NCBI GenBank assembly: GCA_035939455.1
Contig: DASZFV010000330.1
Span: 1-41,154, forward strand
Length of the DNA: 41,154 nt
Source of the DNA: Polyangia bacterium
GTDB taxonomy: Bacteria > Myxococcota_A > Polyangia > Fen-1088
Direction: 5' to 3'
Shown here: positions 8,829 to 17,615 of the stretch, in pieces
Layout of the letters: each line of letters opens with the position of its first letter
Numbering within the stretch: the stretch's first letter is position 1
Made by a program: the position numbers and the translations under genes
Notes under the pieces: model-generated
Told to the model about the DNA's origin: nothing
The model's input: the letters and a program-made list of their open reading frames with translations, nothing else
Databases searched by the model: none

Positions 8829-9608
8829 GTGACGCTCACGCCCGCTCAGGAACGCGCCCTCGTCGACGAAGGCTACCTGCTCGTGCCGGGCCTTGTCTCG
8901 CGCGAGCGCGTCGAGGCCGCTCTGCGCGCCATCAACCACTCCCTCGGCGAGCAGGGCATCGCCAAGGACGCGCTGTGGACGATGCGCGCCCAGACCTTTT
9001 GCCCCGAGCTCGTGAGCGCGCCGCCCATCCTCGGGCTCTACGCCGAAACGGGCCTGCGCGCGCTCGCCGAGACGGCCATCGGCGCCGGCAAGGTGCGCGC
9101 GCCCACGACCGGGCAGATCGCGTTGCGCTTTCCGCAGGCGTCCGGCGAGGGCGCGGCGCCGCGCGAGCCCCACCCCCACATCGACGGCATGCCCGGGCCG
9201 CTCAACGGCGTCGCGCCGAACACCGTCTTTCATTTCACGGCGCTCGGGGGCGTCTTCCTGAGCGACGTCGAGCTGCCCTTCCGCGGGAACTTCACCGTGT
9301 GGCCCGGCACGCACACCGCGCTCGCGCGCCACTTCGCGGCTCACGGCGCCGACGGGCTCCTCACGGGGTTCCCGCCCATCGCGCTCCCGGCGCCGCGCCA
9401 GCTGCGCGTGCGCGCGGGCGACGCGCTCCTCGCGCACTACCAGCTCGCGCACGGCGCCGCACCCAACCTCGGGCCGCACGTGCGCTACGCCGTCTTCTTC
9501 CGGCTGCGTCACGAGGCGCACGACGCCGCGTCGACCGCGACGATGTCCGACCCGTGGCGCGAGTGGGAGGGCTTGGGCGCGCTTGGCAGCGGGGGGCTTT
9601 CCGCATAG
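8829..9608 (+). CDS. Phytanoyl-CoA dioxygenase (PhyH) family protein
   Basis: Track ORF 8598..9608. Most of the upstream part overlaps the divergent gene. GTG 8829 gives MTLTPAQERALVDEGYLLVPGL..., a typical PhyH N-terminus. HPHIDG and a distal His in HYQLAHGAAPN fit a 2-His-1-carboxylate pattern. The start is uncertain; TTG 8820 is an alternative. Confidence 0.7.
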   Translation: MTLTPAQERALVDEGYLLVPGLVSRERVEAALRAINHSLGEQGIAKDALWTMRAQTFCPELVSAPPILGLYAETGLRALAETAIGAGKVRAPTTGQIALRFPQASGEGAAPREPHPHIDGMPGPLNGVAPNTVFHFTALGGVFLSDVELPFRGNFTVWPGTHTALARHFAAHGADGLLTGFPPIALPAPRQLRVRAGDALLAHYQLAHGAAPNLGPHVRYAVFFRLRHEAHDAASTATMSDPWREWEGLGALGSGGLSA

Positions 9609-9618
9609 CGTTCGCGTC

Positions 9619-10035
9619 GTGACCACGGACTCCCCGCCATCGCCGTCGCTCCCGCCGACCTTCTTCCGCCGACACCGTCTCAAGATCATTCCGCTCGCCT
9701 TCCTCTCGATCTTGTTCGGCGGCGCGGCGCTGTGGACACTCGCCACGCTCAAGTTCAGCTACTCGTCGGGCGATCGCATCGGCTACGTTCAGAAGCTGTC
9801 GCGCCGGGGCTGGGTCTGCCGCACCTGGGAGGGCGAGCTCGCGATGTCGCCCGTGCCCGGGGCCATCCCGCAGATCTTCGCCTTCACGGTTCCCGACGAC
9901 GGCGTCGCGAAGAAGATGGCCGACATGGAGGGCAAGAAGGTCGCGCTCCACTACGAGGAGAAGAAGGGACTCCCCAGCTCCTGTTTCGGCGATACCCGCT
10001 ATTTCATCACCGACGTGCGCGTCTTGTCACAGTGA
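9619..10035 (+). CDS. Small single-pass membrane protein (hypothetical)
   Basis: Track ORF 9583..10035. GTG 9619 avoids overlap with the upstream gene. One hydrophobic segment (IIPLAFLSILFGGAALWTLATL) is followed by a soluble domain (SGDRIGYVQKLSRRGWVCRTWEGELAM...). Third-position GC is consistent with coding. Confidence 0.55.
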   Translation: MTTDSPPSPSLPPTFFRRHRLKIIPLAFLSILFGGAALWTLATLKFSYSSGDRIGYVQKLSRRGWVCRTWEGELAMSPVPGAIPQIFAFTVPDDGVAKKMADMEGKKVALHYEEKKGLPSSCFGDTRYFITDVRVLSQ

Positions 10036-10164
10036 GGACGCGGCGGCGAGGCGCCGCGCGCCGGCACGACGCGCCAGCGATAGGTTTGCGTTTCCGGATG
10101 GAACACCCTACTTTGGAGCTCGTCTCGCGCATCCCCGACGAGAGGACGAGGCCCCAGGGCGACG

Positions 10165-11439
10165 ATGTCGAGCTCAGACGGCCATAACGGCGGCAGCGGA
10201 GATCCGCTTTTCGGCCAGGTCTTCCTCGACCGCTACCGCGTCGTGCGCAGGCTCGACGGACGCGGCCGGGGCACGCTGTACGAGGCCGCGCACCTCTCCG
10301 GCGATCGGCACGTCATGATCGAGGTGCTCGCGGCGGAGCACGCGCGCCCAGCCGCCATCGACCAGTTCCTCGAGGAGGCGCGGACCCTGGCGCGCATCGG
10401 CCACGAAAACGTCCTCCAGATCCTCAACGGCGGTCGGTCGACACAGGGCGCGGTCTTCCTCGTGAGCGAGCTTCTCGAGAGCACGGACCTCGCGCACGTG
10501 CTCGCGAAGGACGGGCCGCTGCCGTGGGACCGCGCGCAGGCCATCGTGCTGCAGATCGCGGCGGCGCTCGGCGCCGCGCATCGCCACGGCATCGTGCATG
10601 GCGACCTCGACCCCGAGAACGTGCTCATCGAGCCGCGCGCTGGCCGGCGCGATTTCGCCAAGGTGCGCGGCTTCGGTGGCGCGCGCCTCGCGGCCGGGCC
10701 CGTCGGCTCCGCACCCGAGCCCGGCGTCCTCGATCAACGCGCGGATGTCCACGCGCTCGGCGCCCTCGCCTACCACCTGGTGACCGGCCAGCCACCTCTT
10801 GCTGCCAACGAGGCCGATGCGCCGCCCGAGACGCCCGCGATGGCGGCGCCCCAGGCGCCGAGCGCGCTGCGGCCACCGGGCACGCTGCCCGTCGATCTCG
10901 ACGCCGTCATTCTGCGCGCGCTCGAGAAGGATCCCGACAAGCGCTGGCCCGACATGGCGACCTTCAGCGAAGCCATCTCGAGGTGCCGGCTCACGCGGCG
11001 GCAGAGCGTGCGCGTCGAGGCGCTCGCCATCGCTGAGCTCTCGGGCCATCCCGAGGCCTTCGAGGCCGACGCGCGCCGCCGGCGCCGCGTTTGGTCGGTC
11101 GCGAGCGTCGTGGCTGGCGTCGCGATCGCCATCGGCGTGTTGCACTTCCTCGCGCGCGCGCCGGGGCACGTGCAAATTTCGACGACGCCGGCGGACGCCG
11201 AGCTGACCTTCAACGGGATGCGCGTCGCGGCGCGCTCGCCGGTCGTGCTCGACGCCGCACCCGGCCGGTACACGCTACTCGTCTCGCGCGCGGGCTACGT
11301 CACGGCCGAGCGAATCGTCGACGTGAGCGCCCGCGCCACGGTGGCCGTTCCCGTCCAGCTCGTCGCCGCTCCAGCGCCCGCCGCCCCGCCGCCCGCGGAG
11401 GCCGCGGCGGCCGCCGTCGCCCCGGCACCCGGCCCGTGA
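10165..11439 (+). CDS. Ser/Thr protein kinase-like protein (predicted pseudokinase) with a TM segment and a C-terminal PEGA domain
   Basis: The kinase fold is recognisable: RYRVVRRLDGRGRGTLYEA, IVHGDLDPENVLI, SAPE, DVHALGALAYHLVTGQPP, EKDPDKRWPDM. Key catalytic positions are substituted (see finding). A TM segment (VWSVASVVAGVAIAIGVLHFLA) is followed by a PEGA-like domain (VQISTTPADAELTFNGMRVAARSPVVLDAAPGRYTLLVSRAGYV). Confidence 0.85.
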   Translation: MSSSDGHNGGSGDPLFGQVFLDRYRVVRRLDGRGRGTLYEAAHLSGDRHVMIEVLAAEHARPAAIDQFLEEARTLARIGHENVLQILNGGRSTQGAVFLVSELLESTDLAHVLAKDGPLPWDRAQAIVLQIAAALGAAHRHGIVHGDLDPENVLIEPRAGRRDFAKVRGFGGARLAAGPVGSAPEPGVLDQRADVHALGALAYHLVTGQPPLAANEADAPPETPAMAAPQAPSALRPPGTLPVDLDAVILRALEKDPDKRWPDMATFSEAISRCRLTRRQSVRVEALAIAELSGHPEAFEADARRRRRVWSVASVVAGVAIAIGVLHFLARAPGHVQISTTPADAELTFNGMRVAARSPVVLDAAPGRYTLLVSRAGYVTAERIVDVSARATVAVPVQLVAAPAPAAPPPAEAAAAAVAPAPGP

Positions 11440-11455
11440 CTTGGAACCGAGATCG

Positions 11456-12403
11456 ATGCTCAAACGAGTGAGCCGCGCCGCGGCCTGGATGGTGACGGCG
11501 GCGCTGCTGTTTCTCCTGTTCCGCAAGATCCCCTTCGCCACGGTGGTCGCGGCGGCGCGCGGGGCCGCGACGTGGACGATTCCGGTGGGCGTCGCGGGAG
11601 TCGCCGCGATCTACTTCGCCGATTCGTTCGCCATCTGGAAGACGTTCGCCTGGTTCCTCGCGCCGCTGTCTTATGCGCAGGTGCTCGTCGTGCGCGGCGC
11701 GACCTACCTGCTCGCCGCCATCAACTACAACGTCGGCCAGGGCGCGATCGTCTACTTCGTACACCGCGCGACAGGCGCGCCGGTCCTGCGCGGCGTCGCC
11801 ACCGTGCTGCTCATCATGGGCGTCAACGTGCTCGCGCTGCTCGTGCTCGCGAGCGTGGGCCTGGCCGTCGCGCCCGACGTCCCGCACGCGGTGGCCGTCA
11901 TCGTGAGCGTCGCCTACGCGGGCCTGGCCGTCTACGCGGTCGCCGTCGCGCTCAAGCCGGCCTGGCTCGCGCGGCGGCCGGTCTTCGACGTGCTGCTCGC
12001 GGCCGGCCTCCGGGGACACGCCCGGGCGCTGCTCGTGCGCGTCCCCCACATCGTCGCGCTCATGGTCTACCAGACCTCGATGCTGCGCGCCTTCGGCGTC
12101 GCCGTCCCCATCGCCCAGGCGGTCGTGGCGCTCCCCATCGTGTTCTTCATCGCCGTGCTCCCCATCTCAGTGCAAGGTCTCGGCACGACGCAGGCGGCGA
12201 TGGTGTACTTCTTCGCCCGCTACGGTCCAGGCAACGTCGAGGCCCAGAAGGCCGCCGTGCTCGCGGCGAGCCTCGTCGGGCAGGCCCTCGCGCTCACGCT
12301 GCAAGCGACGCTGGGCATCGGCTGCCTGCGCAGCCGCGTCGGCCACGAGCTCAAAACCGCGGCGGCGGGCGTCGCGGCGCCCGCCTCGCCCACCCCGCCC
12401 TAA
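11456..12403 (+). CDS. Polytopic membrane protein, lysylphosphatidylglycerol-synthase TM-region / flippase-like family (UPF0104-like)
   Basis: Track ORF 11441..12403. ATG at 11456 gives MLKRVSRAAAWMVTAALLFLLF.... There are multiple hydrophobic helices throughout. The INYNVGQGAIVYF-type segment resembles flippase-like domain proteins. The family call is tentative. Confidence 0.65.
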   Translation: MLKRVSRAAAWMVTAALLFLLFRKIPFATVVAAARGAATWTIPVGVAGVAAIYFADSFAIWKTFAWFLAPLSYAQVLVVRGATYLLAAINYNVGQGAIVYFVHRATGAPVLRGVATVLLIMGVNVLALLVLASVGLAVAPDVPHAVAVIVSVAYAGLAVYAVAVALKPAWLARRPVFDVLLAAGLRGHARALLVRVPHIVALMVYQTSMLRAFGVAVPIAQAVVALPIVFFIAVLPISVQGLGTTQAAMVYFFARYGPGNVEAQKAAVLAASLVGQALALTLQATLGIGCLRSRVGHELKTAAAGVAAPASPTPP

Positions 12404-15400
12404 TCGAGGCCCAGGCGGCGGCTGAGCGTCGCGAGCTCTTCGCCGAGCGCGAAGTTGACGAGCTCGATGACCTCGATGTTAGCGGATGCGGCGCGCAGGA
12501 GCTCCTCGGGCGACTGCACGATGGCCGCCGCGAGGCGCCGATCGAGGCGCGCGATGTGGTCGAACGCGCCGAGCACGTCGCCCGACGCGACGATCGACGC
12601 GCGGTGACCTGTGTGCAGGAGCGCGGCCCGCCACCGGTCGCTGTCGAAGACGCCGCCGTCGCGAAACGACAGCGCCGCCTGCTCGAACGCCCGGCGATGC
12701 CGCCGCGGCAACGCGCGCGCGATCTTCTGCGACACGTCGTTGAGCTTGTCCTCGGGCAGCGCGCCGCGGCCGTAGTCGGGATACACCGTGCGGACGCCGG
12801 CCGCGATGAGCAGACCCAGGTCCTTGAGCGGCACGCGCAACGCCGCGTGCGTCGCCGCGCGGATGCGCCCGAGCTGCCGCCCGAGCTGCAAGTAGGCCTC
12901 CTGGCGCGGCATCGCCGCCAACGTCGTCGGCACGAGCACGGCGGGTGGCTGGCTGGCCTCGACCTCGACCTGCGTCGTGCCCGTGCGCGCCAGGTAGATC
13001 TCGAAGCCCTCCGTGAGCCCCAGCAGCGCGGCGACACGCGAGATGATGGGCAACATGGGCTCCTCCGAGCGCGGCCCGAGCCGGTCGGCCTTCGTGACGC
13101 CCCAGTCCTCGAGGCTCATCGCGTACAGGCGCGGCAGCACCTCGACCATGGAGGCGAGCAACGCCGTCGCCGGGTGACGTTCGTCGGGGTGGCGGATGAC
13201 GGCCTCGAACTCGGCGGTCGTGACGGCCCCGACCGTCTCGTCCGTCCAGCGCGCGCGCGCCTCGCGCACGGCGCGGATCTCCGCGGCGTCCGTGGCGCCG
13301 AGCGCCGCGAGGGCGGCGACGGCGCGCGCCGAGCGGTGGGGCTGGCCCGTGCGATCGAAGAGGCGGCGCAGCGCGCGGAGCGAATCGAGGCGCAGGGCCT
13401 CGACGCTGAGCAAGCCGAGGTGCTCGGTGATGGCCTCGGGCAGGCGCTTGGCCTCCTCGAGGACGCGCGCGAGCTCGGCGCGCGCCGGCACCTCCTTGGG
13501 CGATTCGGCGACGACAATTCGGAGCTCGTCGACGGCCCGATGGGGCGACGCGAGCGGGCCGCTCCAAAGGGACGCGAGCCGCATGCGCCGCCCCTTGGCG
13601 TGCGGCTCGATCTCGAGGAAGCGCCCCAGCGCCGCCGCGAGGCGCGAGGGCTCGTCGAGCTCCGTGAGGATCGCGTCGAGGCGGTCCATCGCTCCGGCGT
13701 GGCGCGAATCGAGGAGCAGCGCCTGCTCGAGCGCGTCAGCGGCGCCCTCGGGATCCTCGGCGGCGCCGGCCAGCAGATCGCCGAGCGACATGAAGTGAAT
13801 GACACGCGCGTCGCGATCGGGATCGACGGTGGCGAGTCGGCGCAACGTGAGCGCCGCGTTGGCCCAGTCGCGCCGGCGCGAGAGGCCGCGCACGAGGCCC
13901 GTGAGGGCGCGCACGTCGTCGGGCGTCGAGAGGAGCGCGCTGCGATAGGCCTCGACGGCGGCGCCCACGTCGGCGAGGTTGCGCTCGGCGAGGTCGCCGA
14001 TGCGCACCCAAGCGGCGCTCACGACGCGCGGATCGGGCGAGGCGGCGATCACGCGCTGGAGCGAGGCGACCGCCTCGGCCGGTCGACCGAGCTCGGCCTG
14101 CACCTCGGCGAGCCGAGCGAGCGCCTGCACGGACGACGGGTCGAGCTCGACGGCCTCGGCGAGCGCGGCCGCCGCGTCGTTGGCGTCGCGTTCGCGCAAG
14201 AGGGCGGCCAGCGCGAGGAGCCGATCGCGGCGCTGGACGACCGTGCCCGTGGCGGCGCGCCGGCGCATCACCTGCGCGAGACGATCGGTGTCGGCCCGCG
14301 CGCGCAGGATGGCCTCGAGCGCCTGGAAGTCGGCCTCGGCCTCGGGCTCGAGCGCGAGCACCTCCTCGAGGCAGCGGGCCGCGAGCTGACCGTCGTTCTC
14401 GTCGCCGCCTTCGCTCGACTCGCTGGCGGCGTAGAGGCGGGCGGCGCGGCGAAAGGCGTCGGCGGCGCGCGTGGCGGCCTTTGTGAGCCGCGCGAGCCGG
14501 GCGAAGAGCTCGGCGGCGGAGCGCGCCTCGCCGGTCGCCTCGCGCAGGCGACCCAGCGCGCGCAGCGCCGGCAGGAAGCTCGCGTCGGCGTCGATGGCAC
14601 GCTCGAAGTCGGCGTCGGCGCCGCGTAGATCGCCCGCCGACAGGTGCGCGAGGCCGAGCTCCCACAGGAAGACGGCGCGCGTCGGACCGTCGGGGGCGAG
14701 CTCGGCCAGCTTTCGCCGCGCGAGCACGACGCGCGGCCAGTCGCCGCGCCTCACGGCGTGTCGCTCGAAGACGGTGAGCGCTCCCACGGTGGGCTTCGCG
14801 TCGACGATCCGCTCCCACAGCAGCATGGCCTCGCCGAGGCGGGTCCCCGTGCGATCGCGGGCCGCGGCCGCCGCGCGCCAGAGCGCCGCCTTCGCCTCCG
14901 GCTGCTGGGCGAGCTCGGCGAGGCGCTCGAGCGCGAGGCCCGCCTCGCGATCGCGCCCGAGCCGGCGCAGGAAAGTCACGTGCGCCTCGAGCGCCACGAC
15001 CTCCGTGGGCGCGTCGTCCAACACGAGTTCGAGGACGGCGACGGCGTCGGCCGCGTCAGCGAGGCGCCAGGCGAGATCGACGCGGCGCCCTGGCGAAGGC
15101 GCGCCCGGCGCGGGCGCCGCGCCTCGCGCCGAGGACTCGGCCGTCGTGGCGGCGAGGCGCTTGTGCTGGAGGGTCGCGACCTCTGCCGAGCGCCCGAGGA
15201 GCTGATAGAGCCGTTCCTGCACGAGCTCGGCAGTCGCCGTGCCCGGGGGCCGCGCCTGCATCGCCACGGACAGCGCGCGCTCGATCGCGAGCAACGCCTC
15301 GCGCGGGTGACGCAGCTGCCACTCGAAGATCTCACTCTGGCGCCGGTAGAGCGCCGCCTTGGCCGCCGGATCCGCGACCAGTGGCGCGAGCGCGCCCAAG

Positions 15401-17553
15401 GCGGCAGCGAGCTCCTCGCCGCGGCCGAGCCGCGCCAGCACGCGGATGTGCTCGGCGTGGGCCGCGACGTTCGTCGGATCGAACGCGAGCGCGCGCGCCA
15501 CCGACGCGAGCGCCTGTTCGGGGCGGCCGATGCGGCCGAGCGTGAGCCGCGCCGCCTCGACCTCGAGGGCGCTCGCTTGCGCTGGGTTGGCCTCGCTGGC
15601 GGCCTGGCGCGAGAGGACCTCCACGAGCGCTTCGAGGTTCTTGCGACGCTCGTGGGCGCGCGCGAGGCCCTCCATGGCCGGCCGGAAGGCGGGCGCGAGC
15701 GCCAGCACGGCGTCATAAGCGCGAATGGCTTCGTCGTCGGCGGCGGCGCGCTCCTCGTAGATCGTCGCGGCGCGGTACCGCCAGGCGACGCTCGCGTCAT
15801 CGGAGAGGCCGAGCACGTCCGTACCGAGCCTGAGCGCCGCCTCGGCCGCAACGAGCGCGTCGCCGGCCTTCTCGGCGGCGCGCAGGAGCGCGCGCAGCGC
15901 CGCCGGCCTGCGCACGCCGGAGCTGGCCCACTCGCCGAACAACGCCAGCGCGCGTCCCGGATCGCCGAGGCGTTCCTCGTAGAGGGTGCCGAGGCGCTCG
16001 AGGCGGAGGCTGCCGTCCTCGCCGACCGGCTGCCTCTCGGCGGCGGCGGAGACCGCCTCGGCGCCGACGCGCGACACCGTCTCCGCCTCGACGACGCCCA
16101 CCATCTCGTCCCACCGCCCGAGCGCCGGGTAGAGCCGCTCGAGCAGGTGCAGCGCGGGCGCGTAGCCGGGCACGGCTTCGAGCGCGCGCCGCGCGAGGGC
16201 CGCCGCCTGGGTGGCGTCGTGCAGGGCAGTCTCGGCGAGCTCGGCGGCGCGCAGGGCCAGCGCGGCGCGCTCGGCGGCGTCGACGCTACGCCCGACGGCC
16301 GCGACGGCCAGCTCGACCTGGGCGCGCGCGTCGCCTGTGCGCGAGGCGATGCGCTCGAGCGCCAGCAGCGTCACGGGATCGGCGGCGCGGCTCGCGAGCA
16401 CCCGGTGGTGCCGCGCGGCGGCCGCGTCGTTGTCGCCCTCGTGCTGTTCGGCGATGTGAGCCGCGAGCCCCAGCAACGCCGCGGCCCAGTCGCGATCGCT
16501 CGTGAGGGCCGCCTGCTGATCGAGCGCCTCGCGCGCGCGCGTCCAGCGCCCGGCCGCTCCGTGATCTTCGGCGGCGATCGCGAGGAGCGCCGCGTCGTCG
16601 GGCGCCTCGGCGCGCGCCGACTCGACGAGCTCGCCCGCGCGCTCGGCCGTGCCGAGGCGGTGCCGCGCGAGGCCGGCCGCCATGGCCAGCCAGGGCGCGC
16701 GGCCGCCCCCCACGGGCGTGGCCTCGGCCTCGAGCACGAGGCCGCGCAAAAGCTCCGCATCCTTGCCGATGCGCGCGGCCGCGCGACGCAGGCCCGCGCG
16801 GGCGACGGCGCCCGCTCCGTCCGCCGGGTCCTCGGTCTCGTCGAGCGCGCGCCCATAGAGCGAGAGCGCGTCGCTGAGCCGGCTCGGATCGGCCTCGGCG
16901 AGCTGGGCGAGCCGCGCCAGGAGGCGCGCCCGCTCGAGCGCCGACGCGGCGCCCGCGAGCTTGCGCTCGAGCACTGAGCAAAGAAGCGCCGCGTCTCCCG
17001 TGCGATCGGCGATCTCGTGCAACGCCTCGAGCGCGCCGCGATGCGCGGGCACGAGTCCGAGCGCCTCCTCGAGCGCCTGGCGCGCCGGCTCCGAGGCGAG
17101 CAGGCCGTCCTCGAAGAGATAAGCCTTCTCGACGAGCAGCTCGGCGCGCTCGGCCACCGACGCCGCGGCGGCGGCCTCGGCGTCCAGGAGCTCGGTCGCG
17201 GCCCAGGTGCTGCCAGCCTCGACGGCGTGGACGCGCAGCGCCCCCAGCACGGGCCGAAAGGTCTGCGTGGGCTGCACGGCGACCGCCATCTGCAGGTGAT
17301 CGGTGGCCGCGACGACGTCACCCACGCCGTCCTCGAGCATGCGCGCGGCCGCGTAGCGCAGCGCGCCCGCGGCCACGCCCTCGCGCGACTCGGCCTCCTC
17401 GGCGGTCGCGAGGGCCTCGGCCTCCCACTGCGCGGGCGACCGCTCGAGCACCCGCTTGCCGTCGGAACCGTACACGGCGCCCGCGGGGATGCTGGGCTGG
17501 GTCACCTCATCGGTGCGGCCGATCGGGATGGGGGTCGGGGTCAACGAAGACAT
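12400..17553 (-). CDS. Giant TPR-repeat protein (about 1717 aa) with a non-TPR C-terminal domain
   Basis: Track ORF 12400..17595. I prefer the ATG at comp. 17551-17553 (MSSLTPTPIPIGR...). There are dozens of TPR-like units, for example AIRAYDAVLALAPAFRPAMEGLARAH, VARALAFDPTNVAAHAEHIRVLARLG and LAEAVELDPSSVQALARLAEVQAELG. The last roughly 330 aa lack this periodicity. Confidence 0.85.
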   Translation of the reverse strand: MSSLTPTPIPIGRTDEVTQPSIPAGAVYGSDGKRVLERSPAQWEAEALATAEEAESREGVAAGALRYAAARMLEDGVGDVVAATDHLQMAVAVQPTQTFRPVLGALRVHAVEAGSTWAATELLDAEAAAAASVAERAELLVEKAYLFEDGLLASEPARQALEEALGLVPAHRGALEALHEIADRTGDAALLCSVLERKLAGAASALERARLLARLAQLAEADPSRLSDALSLYGRALDETEDPADGAGAVARAGLRRAAARIGKDAELLRGLVLEAEATPVGGGRAPWLAMAAGLARHRLGTAERAGELVESARAEAPDDAALLAIAAEDHGAAGRWTRAREALDQQAALTSDRDWAAALLGLAAHIAEQHEGDNDAAAARHHRVLASRAADPVTLLALERIASRTGDARAQVELAVAAVGRSVDAAERAALALRAAELAETALHDATQAAALARRALEAVPGYAPALHLLERLYPALGRWDEMVGVVEAETVSRVGAEAVSAAAERQPVGEDGSLRLERLGTLYEERLGDPGRALALFGEWASSGVRRPAALRALLRAAEKAGDALVAAEAALRLGTDVLGLSDDASVAWRYRAATIYEERAAADDEAIRAYDAVLALAPAFRPAMEGLARAHERRKNLEALVEVLSRQAASEANPAQASALEVEAARLTLGRIGRPEQALASVARALAFDPTNVAAHAEHIRVLARLGRGEELAAALGALAPLVADPAAKAALYRRQSEIFEWQLRHPREALLAIERALSVAMQARPPGTATAELVQERLYQLLGRSAEVATLQHKRLAATTAESSARGAAPAPGAPSPGRRVDLAWRLADAADAVAVLELVLDDAPTEVVALEAHVTFLRRLGRDREAGLALERLAELAQQPEAKAALWRAAAAARDRTGTRLGEAMLLWERIVDAKPTVGALTVFERHAVRRGDWPRVVLARRKLAELAPDGPTRAVFLWELGLAHLSAGDLRGADADFERAIDADASFLPALRALGRLREATGEARSAAELFARLARLTKAATRAADAFRRAARLYAASESSEGGDENDGQLAARCLEEVLALEPEAEADFQALEAILRARADTDRLAQVMRRRAATGTVVQRRDRLLALAALLRERDANDAAAALAEAVELDPSSVQALARLAEVQAELGRPAEAVASLQRVIAASPDPRVVSAAWVRIGDLAERNLADVGAAVEAYRSALLSTPDDVRALTGLVRGLSRRRDWANAALTLRRLATVDPDRDARVIHFMSLGDLLAGAAEDPEGAADALEQALLLDSRHAGAMDRLDAILTELDEPSRLAAALGRFLEIEPHAKGRRMRLASLWSGPLASPHRAVDELRIVVAESPKEVPARAELARVLEEAKRLPEAITEHLGLLSVEALRLDSLRALRRLFDRTGQPHRSARAVAALAALGATDAAEIRAVREARARWTDETVGAVTTAEFEAVIRHPDERHPATALLASMVEVLPRLYAMSLEDWGVTKADRLGPRSEEPMLPIISRVAALLGLTEGFEIYLARTGTTQVEVEASQPPAVLVPTTLAAMPRQEAYLQLGRQLGRIRAATHAALRVPLKDLGLLIAAGVRTVYPDYGRGALPEDKLNDVSQKIARALPRRHRRAFEQAALSFRDGGVFDSDRWRAALLHTGHRASIVASGDVLGAFDHIARLDRRLAAAIVQSPEELLRAASANIEVIELVNFALGEELATLSRRLGLD

Positions 17554-17591
17554 GAGAACTTTCGGCTCGCAGCGTGCCAGATCTTGCCGGG

Positions 17592-17615
17592 GCAAACAGG
17601 CAAACAGGCAAACAG
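17592..17615. repeat. Perfect 3x tandem direct repeat of GCAAACAG in a divergent intergenic region
   Basis: GCAAACAGGCAAACAGGCAAACAG read directly at 17592-17615, between the TPR gene start (17553, minus) and the cyclase gene start (17712, plus). Confidence 0.9.

Noticed and set aside
11572-16977. Very long antisense ORFs opposite real genes (11572..14628, 14644..16977, and elsewhere 2792..4732, 7824..9752, 21248..23767, 25780..27282, 31054..33366, 36801..38525).
   Set aside because: All lie antisense or out of frame to genes with clear family signatures. Their translations are dominated by R/A/G/P/E/D runs with no motifs, and stop codons are simply rare in GC-rich DNA. There is no evidence that they code for protein.
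17565-17579. A sigma54-like -24/-12 element on the minus strand (TGGCAC-N5-GAGC) upstream of the TPR megaprotein gene.
   Set aside because: GG and GC are at the correct spacing. However, the predicted transcription start would fall essentially on the ATG at 17553 (a leaderless mRNA), and the -12 region deviates from TTGC. The evidence is too weak without transcription-start data. It is worth re-checking if dRNA-seq is available.
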